Shown here: in pieces, positions 29,888 to 38,790 of the stretch
Position numbering within the stretch: the stretch's first letter is position 1
Layout: each line of letters starts with the position of its first letter
Source of the DNA: an uncultured Methanospirillum sp.
GTDB taxonomy: Archaea; Halobacteriota; Methanomicrobia; Methanomicrobiales; Methanospirillaceae
Length of the DNA stretch: 39,625 bases
Reading direction: 5' to 3'
Assembly (NCBI GenBank): GCA_964637135.1
Contig: CAZWTX010000025.1
Coordinates: forward strand, 1 to 39,625
Translations under genes and position numbers: made by a program
The notes under the pieces: generated by a model
Told to the model about the DNA's origin: nothing
Database searches by the model: none
What the model saw: only the letters and a program-made list of their open reading frames with translations

Positions 29888-30130
29888 ATGAAATCTATCA
29901 CGATAGAAGAACTCACCCCTGGTTCAACCGGGGTAATCACAGAAATAAGGGGTGACCCGGCAATCCGACGGAGACTCATGGAGATGGGTGTTCTCCCCGG
30001 GTATCCGCTTACCCTGATCCGGTGGGCCCCGCTCGGCGATCCCGCTGAATGCGAGGTTCGCGGCTATAAACTCTCGTTGCGGCGATCTGAAGCAGCACTG
30101 ATCTCTCTTACCCCCCCGCCGGGAGTGTGA
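29888..30130 (+). CDS. feoA: Ferrous iron transport protein A
   Basis: RRRLMEMGVLPG...APLGDP...VRGYKLSLRRSEA. Confidence 0.93.
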   Translation: MKSITIEELTPGSTGVITEIRGDPAIRRRLMEMGVLPGYPLTLIRWAPLGDPAECEVRGYKLSLRRSEAALISLTPPPGV

Positions 30131-30139
30131 TGCCCCCTG

Positions 30140-30358
30140 GTGCCGCTCTGCATGATGAAGATCGGGGAGACGGTTAAGGTCGTTCAGATCATGGGATCCG
30201 GGCACCTTGCGAGGACCCTCGGTCATATGGGCATCATTGCCGGGGAAGAAGTAACAATCATGCACAAAGCAACGGATTCTGTCATTGTACGGGTGAAAGA
30301 AACCAGATATGCCCTTGGAACCGGGGCTGCAGGAATGGTTCTCGTTCAGCCGATATGA
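30140..30358 (+). CDS. feoA: Ferrous iron transport protein A (second copy)
   Basis: MPL..MKIGE.VKV...LGHMGIIAGEEV...VIVRVKETRYALG.G.A..VLV; lies between feoA and feoB. Confidence 0.85.
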   Translation: MPLCMMKIGETVKVVQIMGSGHLARTLGHMGIIAGEEVTIMHKATDSVIVRVKETRYALGTGAAGMVLVQPI

Positions 30359-30363
30359 TAATC

Positions 30364-32355
30364 ATGAAAAAAATCAACGTATTACTTGCCGGCAATCCTA
30401 ATGTCGGAAAAACAACCCTTTTCAACATTCTCTGCGGGGTACACCAGCACACCGGGAACTATCCCGGGGTAACGGTTGACGTAAAGGCAGGATCCCGGGA
30501 TCATGCCGGGTACACCCTTGCCATATCCGACCTCCCGGGAACCTACAGCCTGAGTGCCTTCAGCCCGGATGAGCAGGTGGCCAGGGATGCTCTTCTCACC
30601 ACGAAGCCTGATATCGTGCTCCAGGTGGTCGATGCAACCAATATCGAGCGGAACCTCTTCCTGACGACCCAGCTCATGGAGATCGGGGCACCGGTAATCA
30701 TTGCCCTGAACATGTCAGATCTCGCCGAGCAGGAAGGGATCGCGATTGACCATGAATGCCTCTCAAAGCACCTCGGGCTTCCGATTGTCCCGATTGTCGC
30801 CTCATCAGGCAAGGGAATCCCCGAACTCCTGGAGATGGTTGTCCGGATAGCGGAGGGAAAACATCAGGTCTCACCGGTCGCAATCTGCTACCCGCACTCG
30901 GTACAGAAACATATCGGGGAGATAAGCACCTTTCTCGAGGATCACACGGACCTTCTCAATAATCTATCCCCGAACTATGCCGCAACGAGGCTCCTTGAAG
31001 GGGATCCCCGTCTCGTTGAGACCCTCCACGAGGCAGGACTGAATATCCCGGTAATCGACAGCCATGAACCGGGTGACCTCGACGGGTTTGTCGAGGACAT
31101 CCTCCTGGCACGGTATCGGACCGCCGAACAGGTCACCTCGTGTGCGGTCAGGTGCAGCCTCAGGCGGGTGCAGCCTTCCGATCTCATCGACCAGGTGCTC
31201 ACCCACCGCTGGTTCGGGATCCCGATCTTCCTCTCGTTCATGTGGTTTGCCTTTCAGCTCACCTTCAGCCTTGCCGAACCCTTTGCCGCTCTCCTTGAGA
31301 TCTTCTTCGGAGCGATCGGGGAAGCGGTATCGGGGGTCAGCATGGATCCGTACATCTCATCGTTCCTCGTTGACGGGGTGATTGGAGGTGTTGGTTCGGT
31401 CTTCAGTTTCGTACCGAGCATCTTCATCCTCTTCTTCCTGCTTGCCCTGCTGGAAGACTCCGGATACCTGGCCAGGGCTGCGTTTGTGATGGATCGCCTG
31501 ATGCACTCAATCGGCCTGCACGGGAGATCGTTTATCCCGCTCCTGATCGGGTTCGGGTGTAATGTACCGGGGATTATGGCGGCACGAACCCTCCAGAGCA
31601 GGGCTGACCGCCTGATCACGATCATCACCGTCCCGTTTATGTCCTGTGCCGCCCGTCTCCCGGTCTACGTCCTCTTTGCCGGCACTTTCTTCGGGGCCGC
31701 GGCAGGTACGGTTATCTTCGGACTATATCTTCTGGGTATCCTTGTTGCCATCATTACTGCCCTGATCTTCCGGCGTTTTGTCTTCCACGGGGAACCCTCC
31801 CCGTTCATCATGGAACTGCCACCGTACCGCCGCCCGACCATCTTTGCCGGGCTCCTGCATATGTGGCACCGGGGCAGGACGTACCTGCAGAAAGCCGGTA
31901 CGGTCATCGTCCTCGGGGTTGTCATCGTCTGGGCACTGGCCACCCTCCCGTTCGGGGTTGAGTACGGATCGGCAGACAGCCTTGCCGGTATGCTCGGGCA
32001 TCTCCTCCAGCCGATCTTTGCCCCGATGGACTTCTCCTGGCAACTCGTCGTCGGGCTCTTCTTCGGTTTCATTGCCAAGGAAGTGGTCGTCGGATCCCTT
32101 GGAACCCTGTATGGCGGGGAAGAGATGCTTGGCGAAACCCTGGCAGCAGATCCCCTGCTCGGACCGGTAACGGCTCTTGCCTACATGGTCTTTGTCCTCC
32201 TCTACCTTCCCTGCGTTGCTGCTCTCGGCGTCATCAGATCTGAAACCGAAAGCTGGACATGGACCGCTATTGCGGTCGGATACGGACTTATCGTCGCCTG
32301 GGTAGCCTCCCTCCTGGTCACCCTGGCAGGACCGTTCTTTATCGGAGGAGCATAA
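30364..32355 (+). CDS. feoB: Ferrous iron transport protein B
   Basis: G-domain GNPNVGKT, GNYPGVTV, DLPGTYSL, NMSD; membrane domain LEDSGYLARAAF, GFGCNVP, PFMSCAARLPVY, FIMELPPYR, AKEVVV, LYLPC. Confidence 0.96.
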   Translation: MKKINVLLAGNPNVGKTTLFNILCGVHQHTGNYPGVTVDVKAGSRDHAGYTLAISDLPGTYSLSAFSPDEQVARDALLTTKPDIVLQVVDATNIERNLFLTTQLMEIGAPVIIALNMSDLAEQEGIAIDHECLSKHLGLPIVPIVASSGKGIPELLEMVVRIAEGKHQVSPVAICYPHSVQKHIGEISTFLEDHTDLLNNLSPNYAATRLLEGDPRLVETLHEAGLNIPVIDSHEPGDLDGFVEDILLARYRTAEQVTSCAVRCSLRRVQPSDLIDQVLTHRWFGIPIFLSFMWFAFQLTFSLAEPFAALLEIFFGAIGEAVSGVSMDPYISSFLVDGVIGGVGSVFSFVPSIFILFFLLALLEDSGYLARAAFVMDRLMHSIGLHGRSFIPLLIGFGCNVPGIMAARTLQSRADRLITIITVPFMSCAARLPVYVLFAGTFFGAAAGTVIFGLYLLGILVAIITALIFRRFVFHGEPSPFIMELPPYRRPTIFAGLLHMWHRGRTYLQKAGTVIVLGVVIVWALATLPFGVEYGSADSLAGMLGHLLQPIFAPMDFSWQLVVGLFFGFIAKEVVVGSLGTLYGGEEMLGETLAADPLLGPVTALAYMVFVLLYLPCVAALGVIRSETESWTWTAIAVGYGLIVAWVASLLVTLAGPFFIGGA

Positions 32356-32798
32356 TGAACCGATCAGTATACCCACACAACACCCTCTACCACTTCACCA
32401 TAATCGTTGCTCTTGTTGCCGGAATATCCGGTCTTCTCATGGTATTTGCCGGTGCCGGGGTCCAGTTTATCTCCGTCGTGACCCCTGATTTCGCAGGAGG
32501 CTGTATCCTCCTTCTTATCATGACCATTCTCTGGTCAGGTCTCATGGAAGGCCGGACAGACCGTGCCCAATGGATCCGGTATGCGTATATCGGCACCCTC
32601 CTGGCAGGAATATTTGCTGTCTGCACCCTCGTGATTGCACTTGGCCTCGGGGTTGCCCGGCTGCTTGGCGGAGAGGCGGCAGATCTCTCACCCCTTGCAG
32701 GTTCGGGATTCATATGGACCGGGATTCTTGCCATTCCGGCATGGATGAGGATCCAGAAGATCGTCAACGAGTGTTCCCGGGGGGAATGTAGTGCATGA
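32355..32798 (+). CDS. Membrane protein (about 4 TM) in the feo operon
   Basis: ATG overlaps the feoB stop (TAATG) after a GGAGGAG RBS; four hydrophobic segments; stop overlaps the next start (ATGA). Confidence 0.75.
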   Translation: MNRSVYPHNTLYHFTIIVALVAGISGLLMVFAGAGVQFISVVTPDFAGGCILLLIMTILWSGLMEGRTDRAQWIRYAYIGTLLAGIFAVCTLVIALGLGVARLLGGEAADLSPLAGSGFIWTGILAIPAWMRIQKIVNECSRGECSA

Positions 32799-33118
32799 GC
32801 AACGGATTTGATCTCCTGGTAAGCCTCGGAACGAGGAATACCAGTACCCTGTCAGAGATAGCGATGGAACTGGGTATCCCGGTGAATGCCGTCCAGGGAT
32901 GGATTGATCTCCTCTGCTGCACCGGGTACCTGGAACGAAGTGGATCAGAAGATCACCCCTGTTCCTGCTCCTCATGCCCGGCCGGGACATCCTGCGTCTC
33001 CTGCCGGTGTGCTTCATCACGGCTGCCATCACCCGATACCCGGTTTGAACTGACCGACCGGGGCCGGGAGTATGTCCGACGGACCATGAGCACACCTCCG
33101 ATCTCTTCATTCTCTTAA
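32795..33118 (+). CDS. FeoC-like winged-helix protein with Cys cluster
   Basis: TLSEIAMELGIPVNAVQGWIDLL...GYL followed by CSCSSCPAGTSCVSC and FELTDRG; last gene of the feo operon. Confidence 0.75.
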   Translation: MSNGFDLLVSLGTRNTSTLSEIAMELGIPVNAVQGWIDLLCCTGYLERSGSEDHPCSCSSCPAGTSCVSCRCASSRLPSPDTRFELTDRGREYVRRTMSTPPISSFS

Positions 33119-33279
33119 CCCCCTGATCTCCAGGCGCCGTATTATCGATCCGTATGGGATATCGCTGAATAAAGGATGTATCGACTACCATTATCCACTT
33201 CATGGGGTGGTTCAGCAGGAACGTAGGATTCAATAACAAAGTATATCATGAGTCCCCTTTATATACTGAATTCAGTGAA

Positions 33280-34071
33280 ATGTCCACTCTCCTTCCTACT
33301 GTCACGTTCTCGGAAAAAAGAAAAAATCTTCTGATATTATTGCGTGATGGCCCTCTTGGGTGGGATGAGATAAAGATCCGGCTGGATGTCACCGCATCCG
33401 GCATGCTTCCCCAGATAAAGATTCTTGAGGAACAGGGGCTCATCCGGAAAGAAAACAAGGAGTACTCTCTCACTGAAATTGGTTATCTGGTCGTACATTA
33501 TCTCTCTCCCCTGAGCCGGACACTTGCCGTTCTTGATCGTCATAAAAAGTTCTGGCAGGAACATGATCTCAATGCTATTCCCCGGGAATTTCTCTACCGG
33601 ATTGGGGATCTGGATAATCCCTGGATCATCGAGACCAGTGTGGAAGAGAGCTTTGAACCGCACAAACAGTTTCTTGAGATTATTCTGCGATCATCGTCCG
33701 TTTTTGGGATATCACCGATCGTCCATCCGATCTATCCGCAGTTTTTTCTTACATTGGCCCGCGAAGGGCGGAAAGTGGGCCTGATTCTCACAGAGAGTGC
33801 ATTCCAGAAGATAAAAAAAGAATATGCAGATATGCTTCTTGAAGGACTCCGGTACCCGGGCTCATCTCTGGCGATTTGCAGAGATGACTTCAGGCTGGCA
33901 TTTGTGGTAACCGACAAATACTTCTCCCTCAGCCTGTTCTTAAAAAACGGGATTTTTGACTCGAAGAGGGATATTGTCACTGATGCCCCCTCTGGCATTA
34001 TGTACGGGCAGGATCTCTATGCGTTTTATCTGCAGCGATCCCGTCTTGTTACCCCGGATGGATCATACTGA
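33280..34071 (+). CDS. Winged-helix regulator with DUF1724-like C-terminal domain (COG4742-like, methanogen type)
   Basis: FSEKRKNLLILLRDGP...MLPQIKILEEQGLI...YSLTEIG, FWQEHDLNAIP...RIGDL, VVTDKYFSLSLFLKNGIFD. Confidence 0.85.
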   Translation: MSTLLPTVTFSEKRKNLLILLRDGPLGWDEIKIRLDVTASGMLPQIKILEEQGLIRKENKEYSLTEIGYLVVHYLSPLSRTLAVLDRHKKFWQEHDLNAIPREFLYRIGDLDNPWIIETSVEESFEPHKQFLEIILRSSSVFGISPIVHPIYPQFFLTLAREGRKVGLILTESAFQKIKKEYADMLLEGLRYPGSSLAICRDDFRLAFVVTDKYFSLSLFLKNGIFDSKRDIVTDAPSGIMYGQDLYAFYLQRSRLVTPDGSY

Positions 34072-34897
34072 CTATAACCTGAACCGGTGACTCGCCATCG
34101 ATAGCCAAAACCCGGAACCATCTTTTTAAACCCGCTTTATTGGTCTCAAATAGCGGGGAATACCAGATAATCACCCCCCCGCCGGATATCAGGCTGTATA
34201 TAACAAAGAAGGAAAAAAAGGAAATAATCCCGGTTATCATCCCCGCTATTAGAATCAGGTGTTGTATGAGCAGAATGGTAAATAGAACCTCTTTCATTCT
34301 TCTGATCCCCCAGACCGCGGGTAATGTCCTGATTCCTGCAGCAAGATCCCCTTCAATATCCTTGCAGTCATAGATTGTGGAGTTAATAAAGAGTTTCATG
34401 CCATAAAAAAGCGAGATAAGAATCGCTGCAGACAGATTTCCAGTCGTTGAGATGATCAGACCTATCGTTCCTCCCCAGGTGATCCCGATGATCAGATTCT
34501 TTCCCCCCATCCCGGTCTTGAGTTTGATCTTCTTTGTACCGAGTGAGACCCCACGGGAGTAGATGAATCCCGTAATGAATGGAAAGATGGGTATCCAGAA
34601 GAGGGCATGTGAGAAGAACAGATACGTTCCCGCAGCAACTGCTATGATCGTCGCCAAAAGTCCATATGTGCGGTCGATATCTGAAAACGTGAGTGAATTC
34701 ACGTGGTCCTCGTGACTCTTCAGGGATCGATCGAGCGTGTAGGTTGCATAGATAATTAGTGATGCGCCGGATATGAGGGTAGGATCCGGTGCTGTCCCGA
34801 TGAGGATAAATGCAAGATAAAGGCGCAATCCTCCTGATAATCCGACAATGGTGGCTGAACTGAGTAATGTAAGCGAAGTGATTCCTCTGGTTGACAC
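34049..34897 (-). CDS. UbiA prenyltransferase family membrane protein
   Basis: Multiple TM segments; YTLDR....ED..N and IYDCKDIEGDLAAGIRTLP Asp-rich motifs; GTG start. Confidence 0.85.
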   Translation of the reverse strand: MSTRGITSLTLLSSATIVGLSGGLRLYLAFILIGTAPDPTLISGASLIIYATYTLDRSLKSHEDHVNSLTFSDIDRTYGLLATIIAVAAGTYLFFSHALFWIPIFPFITGFIYSRGVSLGTKKIKLKTGMGGKNLIIGITWGGTIGLIISTTGNLSAAILISLFYGMKLFINSTIYDCKDIEGDLAAGIRTLPAVWGIRRMKEVLFTILLIQHLILIAGMITGIISFFSFFVIYSLISGGGVIIWYSPLFETNKAGLKRWFRVLAIDGESPVQVIVSMIHPG

Positions 34898-35139
34898 ATG
34901 GTAAAAGACAGGAGAGAGTACAAAATTTTTAACCCATGCCTTTTTTTTAATGACATTAAAAAAACAGATGAAATTGTATTATTATAAAAAAGAATGAAAA
35001 TCCACCCCGTTTGAAATAAATCCTCGATTTGGTAATTACCTCTTCACCTGACCTCCGACGATCCAAAAACCCTGAATTGTAGGATATCAGGATCTCATGC
35101 CCATTTTTCTCAGAATGAAACCCGGGTTGAGGTGGTATC

Positions 35140-36942
35140 ATGAAAAAAACACTATCGGGGAGATCGAATACACGGTATCCCCAGGAGTATCAACAAGACT
35201 GCCAGCCTATGCTGGTTGGTCCGAGTCCTGAACTGATGGAAAAGATCAAGGCCGAAATGGCGAGTATGCGCAAGAAAAGTGATGGTGTCATCGCCCAGAT
35301 GCTTACCGTCAGGGAACGTTCATACCCCGGCCTGAATGATGGTCTGATCTATCCGGGAGATATGTATCCTCTTGGTACATCTGCTGCTCCGGTGCGTTCA
35401 GCCGCTCTTGATCGTTCCCCTCTTAAAGGAACGATTCGTGCCATCGTTGTCCTTGTTCAGTTTAGTGACAAGAAGATGACCAAGACAAAGAAGCATTATG
35501 AAGATCTCTTCTTCTCGACCGGTATTATTAAAACCGGCAGCGTCAGGGAGTATTACCGGGAAGTCTCCAACAACATCGTTGATATCGTCGGAGAGGTCGT
35601 CGGTCCGTACACCCTGCCAAAAAAAATATCCGAGTATGCTCATGGAGAATCCGGTCTCGGAAAAATCCTCCCCAATGCCCGGACAATGGCACGGCATGCA
35701 GTGGAGATGGCAGACAAGGATGTGAACTTCTCCCAGTACGATAATGATAATGACGGATTTGTCGATGCATTCATTGTCATCCACGCCGGTCCCGGGGCAG
35801 AGGTAACCGGGAATGCGAATGATATCTGGTCACATAAATCCGTTATTGAGGGCTCTGCTTATTCTGCTGACGGGAAGAAGGTCTATGCGTACAACACCGT
35901 TCCTGAAGATGCAAAGATAGGAGTCTGCTGCCATGAACTTGGCCATCTTTTATTCGGCTTTCCCGATCTCTACGATACCGATTATTCCAGCGAGGGGGTT
36001 GGTAACTGGTGCCTCATGTCAGGCGGGAACTGGAACGGGTCAGGAGATACGCCGGCACATCCCTCTGCCTGGTGCAAGGCAAACCAGGAATGGGTGACGG
36101 TGGTTAATCCGAAGACCAACGGGAAGGTGAGCCTTGATGCCGTCGAGACAAGTCACACCGTGTACCGCCTCGCAAAGGACGGTGCCTCGGGAAAGGAATA
36201 TTTCCTCCTTGAAAACCGGCAGAAGACGCTTTTTGACAGTAAACTTCCGGGTGCCGGGCTTCTTATCTGGCATATCGATGAGAACATTGCGAACAACTCT
36301 GATGAAAACCATCCCAAAGTTGCCCTCGAACAGGCTGACGGGAAGAATGATCTCCTGAAAGGAACCAACCGGGGTGACGGGGGAGATCCATACCCGGGAA
36401 CCGCAAATAACATCTCGTTCACCAAGACGACGACTCCGGGTTCAAAAACCTATGGCGGGGTTGATACCTGTATATCAGTGAATAATATCTCCCCGTCCGG
36501 TCCGACGATGACGATGAATGTCAGTGTATCCTGTATCGAGATCAAGTTCCTTAAAGAGAACCTGAAGGATACCCTGAAAGAATATAAGACTGACAAAAAT
36601 ATAAAAACCGAAATAAAAGAAGTTCTGAAGGATAACAAAAATCTCAAGGATATCAAGGATTCAAAAAATAAGCCCTACGGTGAATGGGGGAAATTGGCAG
36701 ATAAATGGGAGTATGACTTTGATCGGCGGCCACTCGAGTATAATCTTGAATCCCGCCTGGAAATGCTTGAAAGCAGGCTTGAATCGATCGAACCGTTCAT
36801 CAATGCAGCCCTCCGGCCGGATCTCAGGGAAGGGGCACTCCTCAACGAGGAAGACCTGAATATGCTCTCCGCCAGTATCCAGGGAGAAGCTACCCGCTCA
36901 AAGCGCCGGTTCCTGGATACGAATCTCCGTCCGTTCCGGTAA
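35140..36942 (+). CDS. M6 family (immune inhibitor A-like) zinc metalloprotease with Lys/Asp/Glu-repeat C-terminal tail
   Basis: IVVLVQFSD, GSVREYYREVS, DNDNDGFVD..IVIHAGPG, IWSH, HELGHLLFGFPDLYD (from 35932), WCLMSGG, EYFLLENR, GLLIWHID; no hydrophobic signal peptide; GAGGTG RBS. Confidence 0.93.
   Translation: MKKTLSGRSNTRYPQEYQQDCQPMLVGPSPELMEKIKAEMASMRKKSDGVIAQMLTVRERSYPGLNDGLIYPGDMYPLGTSAAPVRSAALDRSPLKGTIRAIVVLVQFSDKKMTKTKKHYEDLFFSTGIIKTGSVREYYREVSNNIVDIVGEVVGPYTLPKKISEYAHGESGLGKILPNARTMARHAVEMADKDVNFSQYDNDNDGFVDAFIVIHAGPGAEVTGNANDIWSHKSVIEGSAYSADGKKVYAYNTVPEDAKIGVCCHELGHLLFGFPDLYDTDYSSEGVGNWCLMSGGNWNGSGDTPAHPSAWCKANQEWVTVVNPKTNGKVSLDAVETSHTVYRLAKDGASGKEYFLLENRQKTLFDSKLPGAGLLIWHIDENIANNSDENHPKVALEQADGKNDLLKGTNRGDGGDPYPGTANNISFTKTTTPGSKTYGGVDTCISVNNISPSGPTMTMNVSVSCIEIKFLKENLKDTLKEYKTDKNIKTEIKEVLKDNKNLKDIKDSKNKPYGEWGKLADKWEYDFDRRPLEYNLESRLEMLESRLESIEPFINAALRPDLREGALLNEEDLNMLSASIQGEATRSKRRFLDTNLRPFR
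36541..36672 (+). repeat. Low-complexity periodic (L/I)K(D/E) peptide repeat within the M6 protease tail
   Basis: IKFLKENLKDTLKEYKTDKNIKTEIKEVLKDNKNLKDIKDSKNK: 14 Lys and 9 Asp/Glu in 44 residues, Lys mostly every 3-4 residues; A-rich DNA. Confidence 0.8.
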
Positions 36943-36965
36943 CCGGATGATACCTGGATCAATCC

Positions 36966-37835
36966 ATGGACTTCCTTATTTTTGCCCGGACTGATGATGA
37001 GACGGCAATCAGGGTTTATTCCAGGGTCAGGGAGATAATTGACAGTGCATCGGTTCGTTTCATTTCTGATGATGAGCTCTCACATGCCCTTCACTGGTCA
37101 CACCGTGTGAATTCAGGCGGGGCAGAGACTGATATCCTCCTCGCCAGTGGTCAGGAGATCTGTTCCTCTGCTATCGGTCTCGTCTTCAACCGGCTCATTT
37201 ATCCAAATCTTGAATATTTTAGCGGTTCTTCTGAACAAACAAAAGAGTATGCCCACCAGGAGATGTATGCCCTCTGGTTCAGCTGGCTTGAGAGCTTTCC
37301 CTGCCCGGTTGTCAATCCCCCGACAGTACGTGGTTTAAGCTGTCAAAGCAGGAGTCTTGCCGAATGGCTCTCCCTTGCCGGCCAGGCAGGACTTCCTACG
37401 GATACATACCGGTTTACCAGTTCGTCCAGGTTTTACAATCCTGGTGACGGGTTCCCGCACGTTCCGGGAAGCGGGTATGGGGTTCATACACCCTGGGATC
37501 TTGTGCGGATACCGCATCCTGAGATTGGGATCGGACCCCGGATATACGTGAACCGGACCGTTCCTGCCATTAAAAGTGCCCTTATAGTAGGAGAGCATGT
37601 GATGGATCCCTTTGAGGGTCTCTTCCACGAGGAATATCAACGGCTCCAAAAGCTCATCGGGTGCGATATCTTCGAGGTAATCTTCTCACATGCCGATGGG
37701 GAAAACCAGCCGCCGGATGTACGGGATGACGGGTGGTTTGTCACCGGTGTCAATACATTCCCGTTCTGGAGGGATGATGCCTCGATCTCCCTGATGGCGG
37801 GCTACCTTGCCGATCGGTGGAGGTGTTGCTCCTGA
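36966..37835 (+). CDS. Degenerate ATP-grasp-like protein
   Basis: LVFNRL...YAHQEMYALWFSWLESFPCPVVNPP...WLSLAGQAGLPT resembles the N-terminal half of RimK/MvdC-type ATP-grasp proteins; C-terminus has GVNTFP where active enzymes have EVNP. Confidence 0.65.
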   Translation: MDFLIFARTDDETAIRVYSRVREIIDSASVRFISDDELSHALHWSHRVNSGGAETDILLASGQEICSSAIGLVFNRLIYPNLEYFSGSSEQTKEYAHQEMYALWFSWLESFPCPVVNPPTVRGLSCQSRSLAEWLSLAGQAGLPTDTYRFTSSSRFYNPGDGFPHVPGSGYGVHTPWDLVRIPHPEIGIGPRIYVNRTVPAIKSALIVGEHVMDPFEGLFHEEYQRLQKLIGCDIFEVIFSHADGENQPPDVRDDGWFVTGVNTFPFWRDDASISLMAGYLADRWRCCS

Positions 37836-38764
37836 TTCTTCTCTGCGGGATTCCGTCAGAACCTCCTCTCCGGCTGATCATGGAGGCGGCAGAGGAAAAA
37901 GGAACGGATGTTGTTCTCTTTAACCAGCGTCAAGATCCTGATGCCAATCTTACGTTCAGGGTTGAATCAGGCAGGGTGAACGGTAGTTTCAGGGTGAACG
38001 GGCAGGACCATGATCTTGCCTCCTTCACTGGGATATATATGCGGATGATGGACTACCAGAATCTTCCGGGAAACCGGCCTCACCGGATGGGGTATCTCGA
38101 CCAGGATCGGGTTACTCATTCGGCCATGCTTCATACTGCTCTCATTGAATGGTTTGAGATGAGTGAGTGCAGGGTGATGAACCGGGTGAGTGCTATGAAC
38201 TCGAACGGGTCAAAACCATACCAGGCCCAGTTCATCATCCGTGAAGGATTTTTAACTCCGAAAACCCTGGTTAGCAACAATCCGGAGGAGGTTTTGGCCT
38301 TTGCGAAGTCCTGTGGTACTTGTATCTATAAGTCCATCAGCGGTGAGCGATCGATTGTCAAAACCCTTGATGAGGAGAAGAAAAAGGATATCGACGCGGT
38401 CAGGTACCTCCCGACCCAGTTCCAGGAATGGATTCCCGGAACTGATATCCGCGTGCATGTTGCCGGCCAGGAAGTTTTCGCAACCGAGATCTGTTCTGAT
38501 GCAATTGATTACCGGTATGCCCACCAGGATCAGCTGGAGATCGAGATGAGACCTTTTGAGCTTCCCGGTGAGATCAGATCCCGGTGTCTTTCCCTCTCTG
38601 CACGGCTTAACCTGCCGCTCTGTGGGATTGATCTGAGGAGAACTCCGTCAGACGAGTACTATTGCTTTGAAGTGAATCCTTCTCCGGCGTACAGTTATTA
38701 CCAGGAGAATACCGGCCAGGATATTGCCTCTGCGATCCTGGCGTACCTCGGGGGGAATACCTGA
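37832..38764 (+). CDS. ATP-grasp ligase, RimK/graspetide-synthetase-like
   Basis: VMNR...SNGSKPYQ, TPKTLVSN, IYKSISG, FQEWIPGTDIRVHV, DYRY, CGIDL, CFEVNPSP. Start uncertain (GTG 37817/37823, TTG 37826 or CTG 37832). Confidence 0.9.
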   Translation: MILLCGIPSEPPLRLIMEAAEEKGTDVVLFNQRQDPDANLTFRVESGRVNGSFRVNGQDHDLASFTGIYMRMMDYQNLPGNRPHRMGYLDQDRVTHSAMLHTALIEWFEMSECRVMNRVSAMNSNGSKPYQAQFIIREGFLTPKTLVSNNPEEVLAFAKSCGTCIYKSISGERSIVKTLDEEKKKDIDAVRYLPTQFQEWIPGTDIRVHVAGQEVFATEICSDAIDYRYAHQDQLEIEMRPFELPGEIRSRCLSLSARLNLPLCGIDLRRTPSDEYYCFEVNPSPAYSYYQENTGQDIASAILAYLGGNT

Positions 38765-38790
38765 TATTCTCCTGCGTCGGAGTCACTGGT

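Noticed and set aside
36670..36690. KPY motif in the protease tail as a thuringinin-type graspetide leader motif
   Set aside because: Only three residues match and the following pattern is absent; likely chance in a Lys-rich tract.
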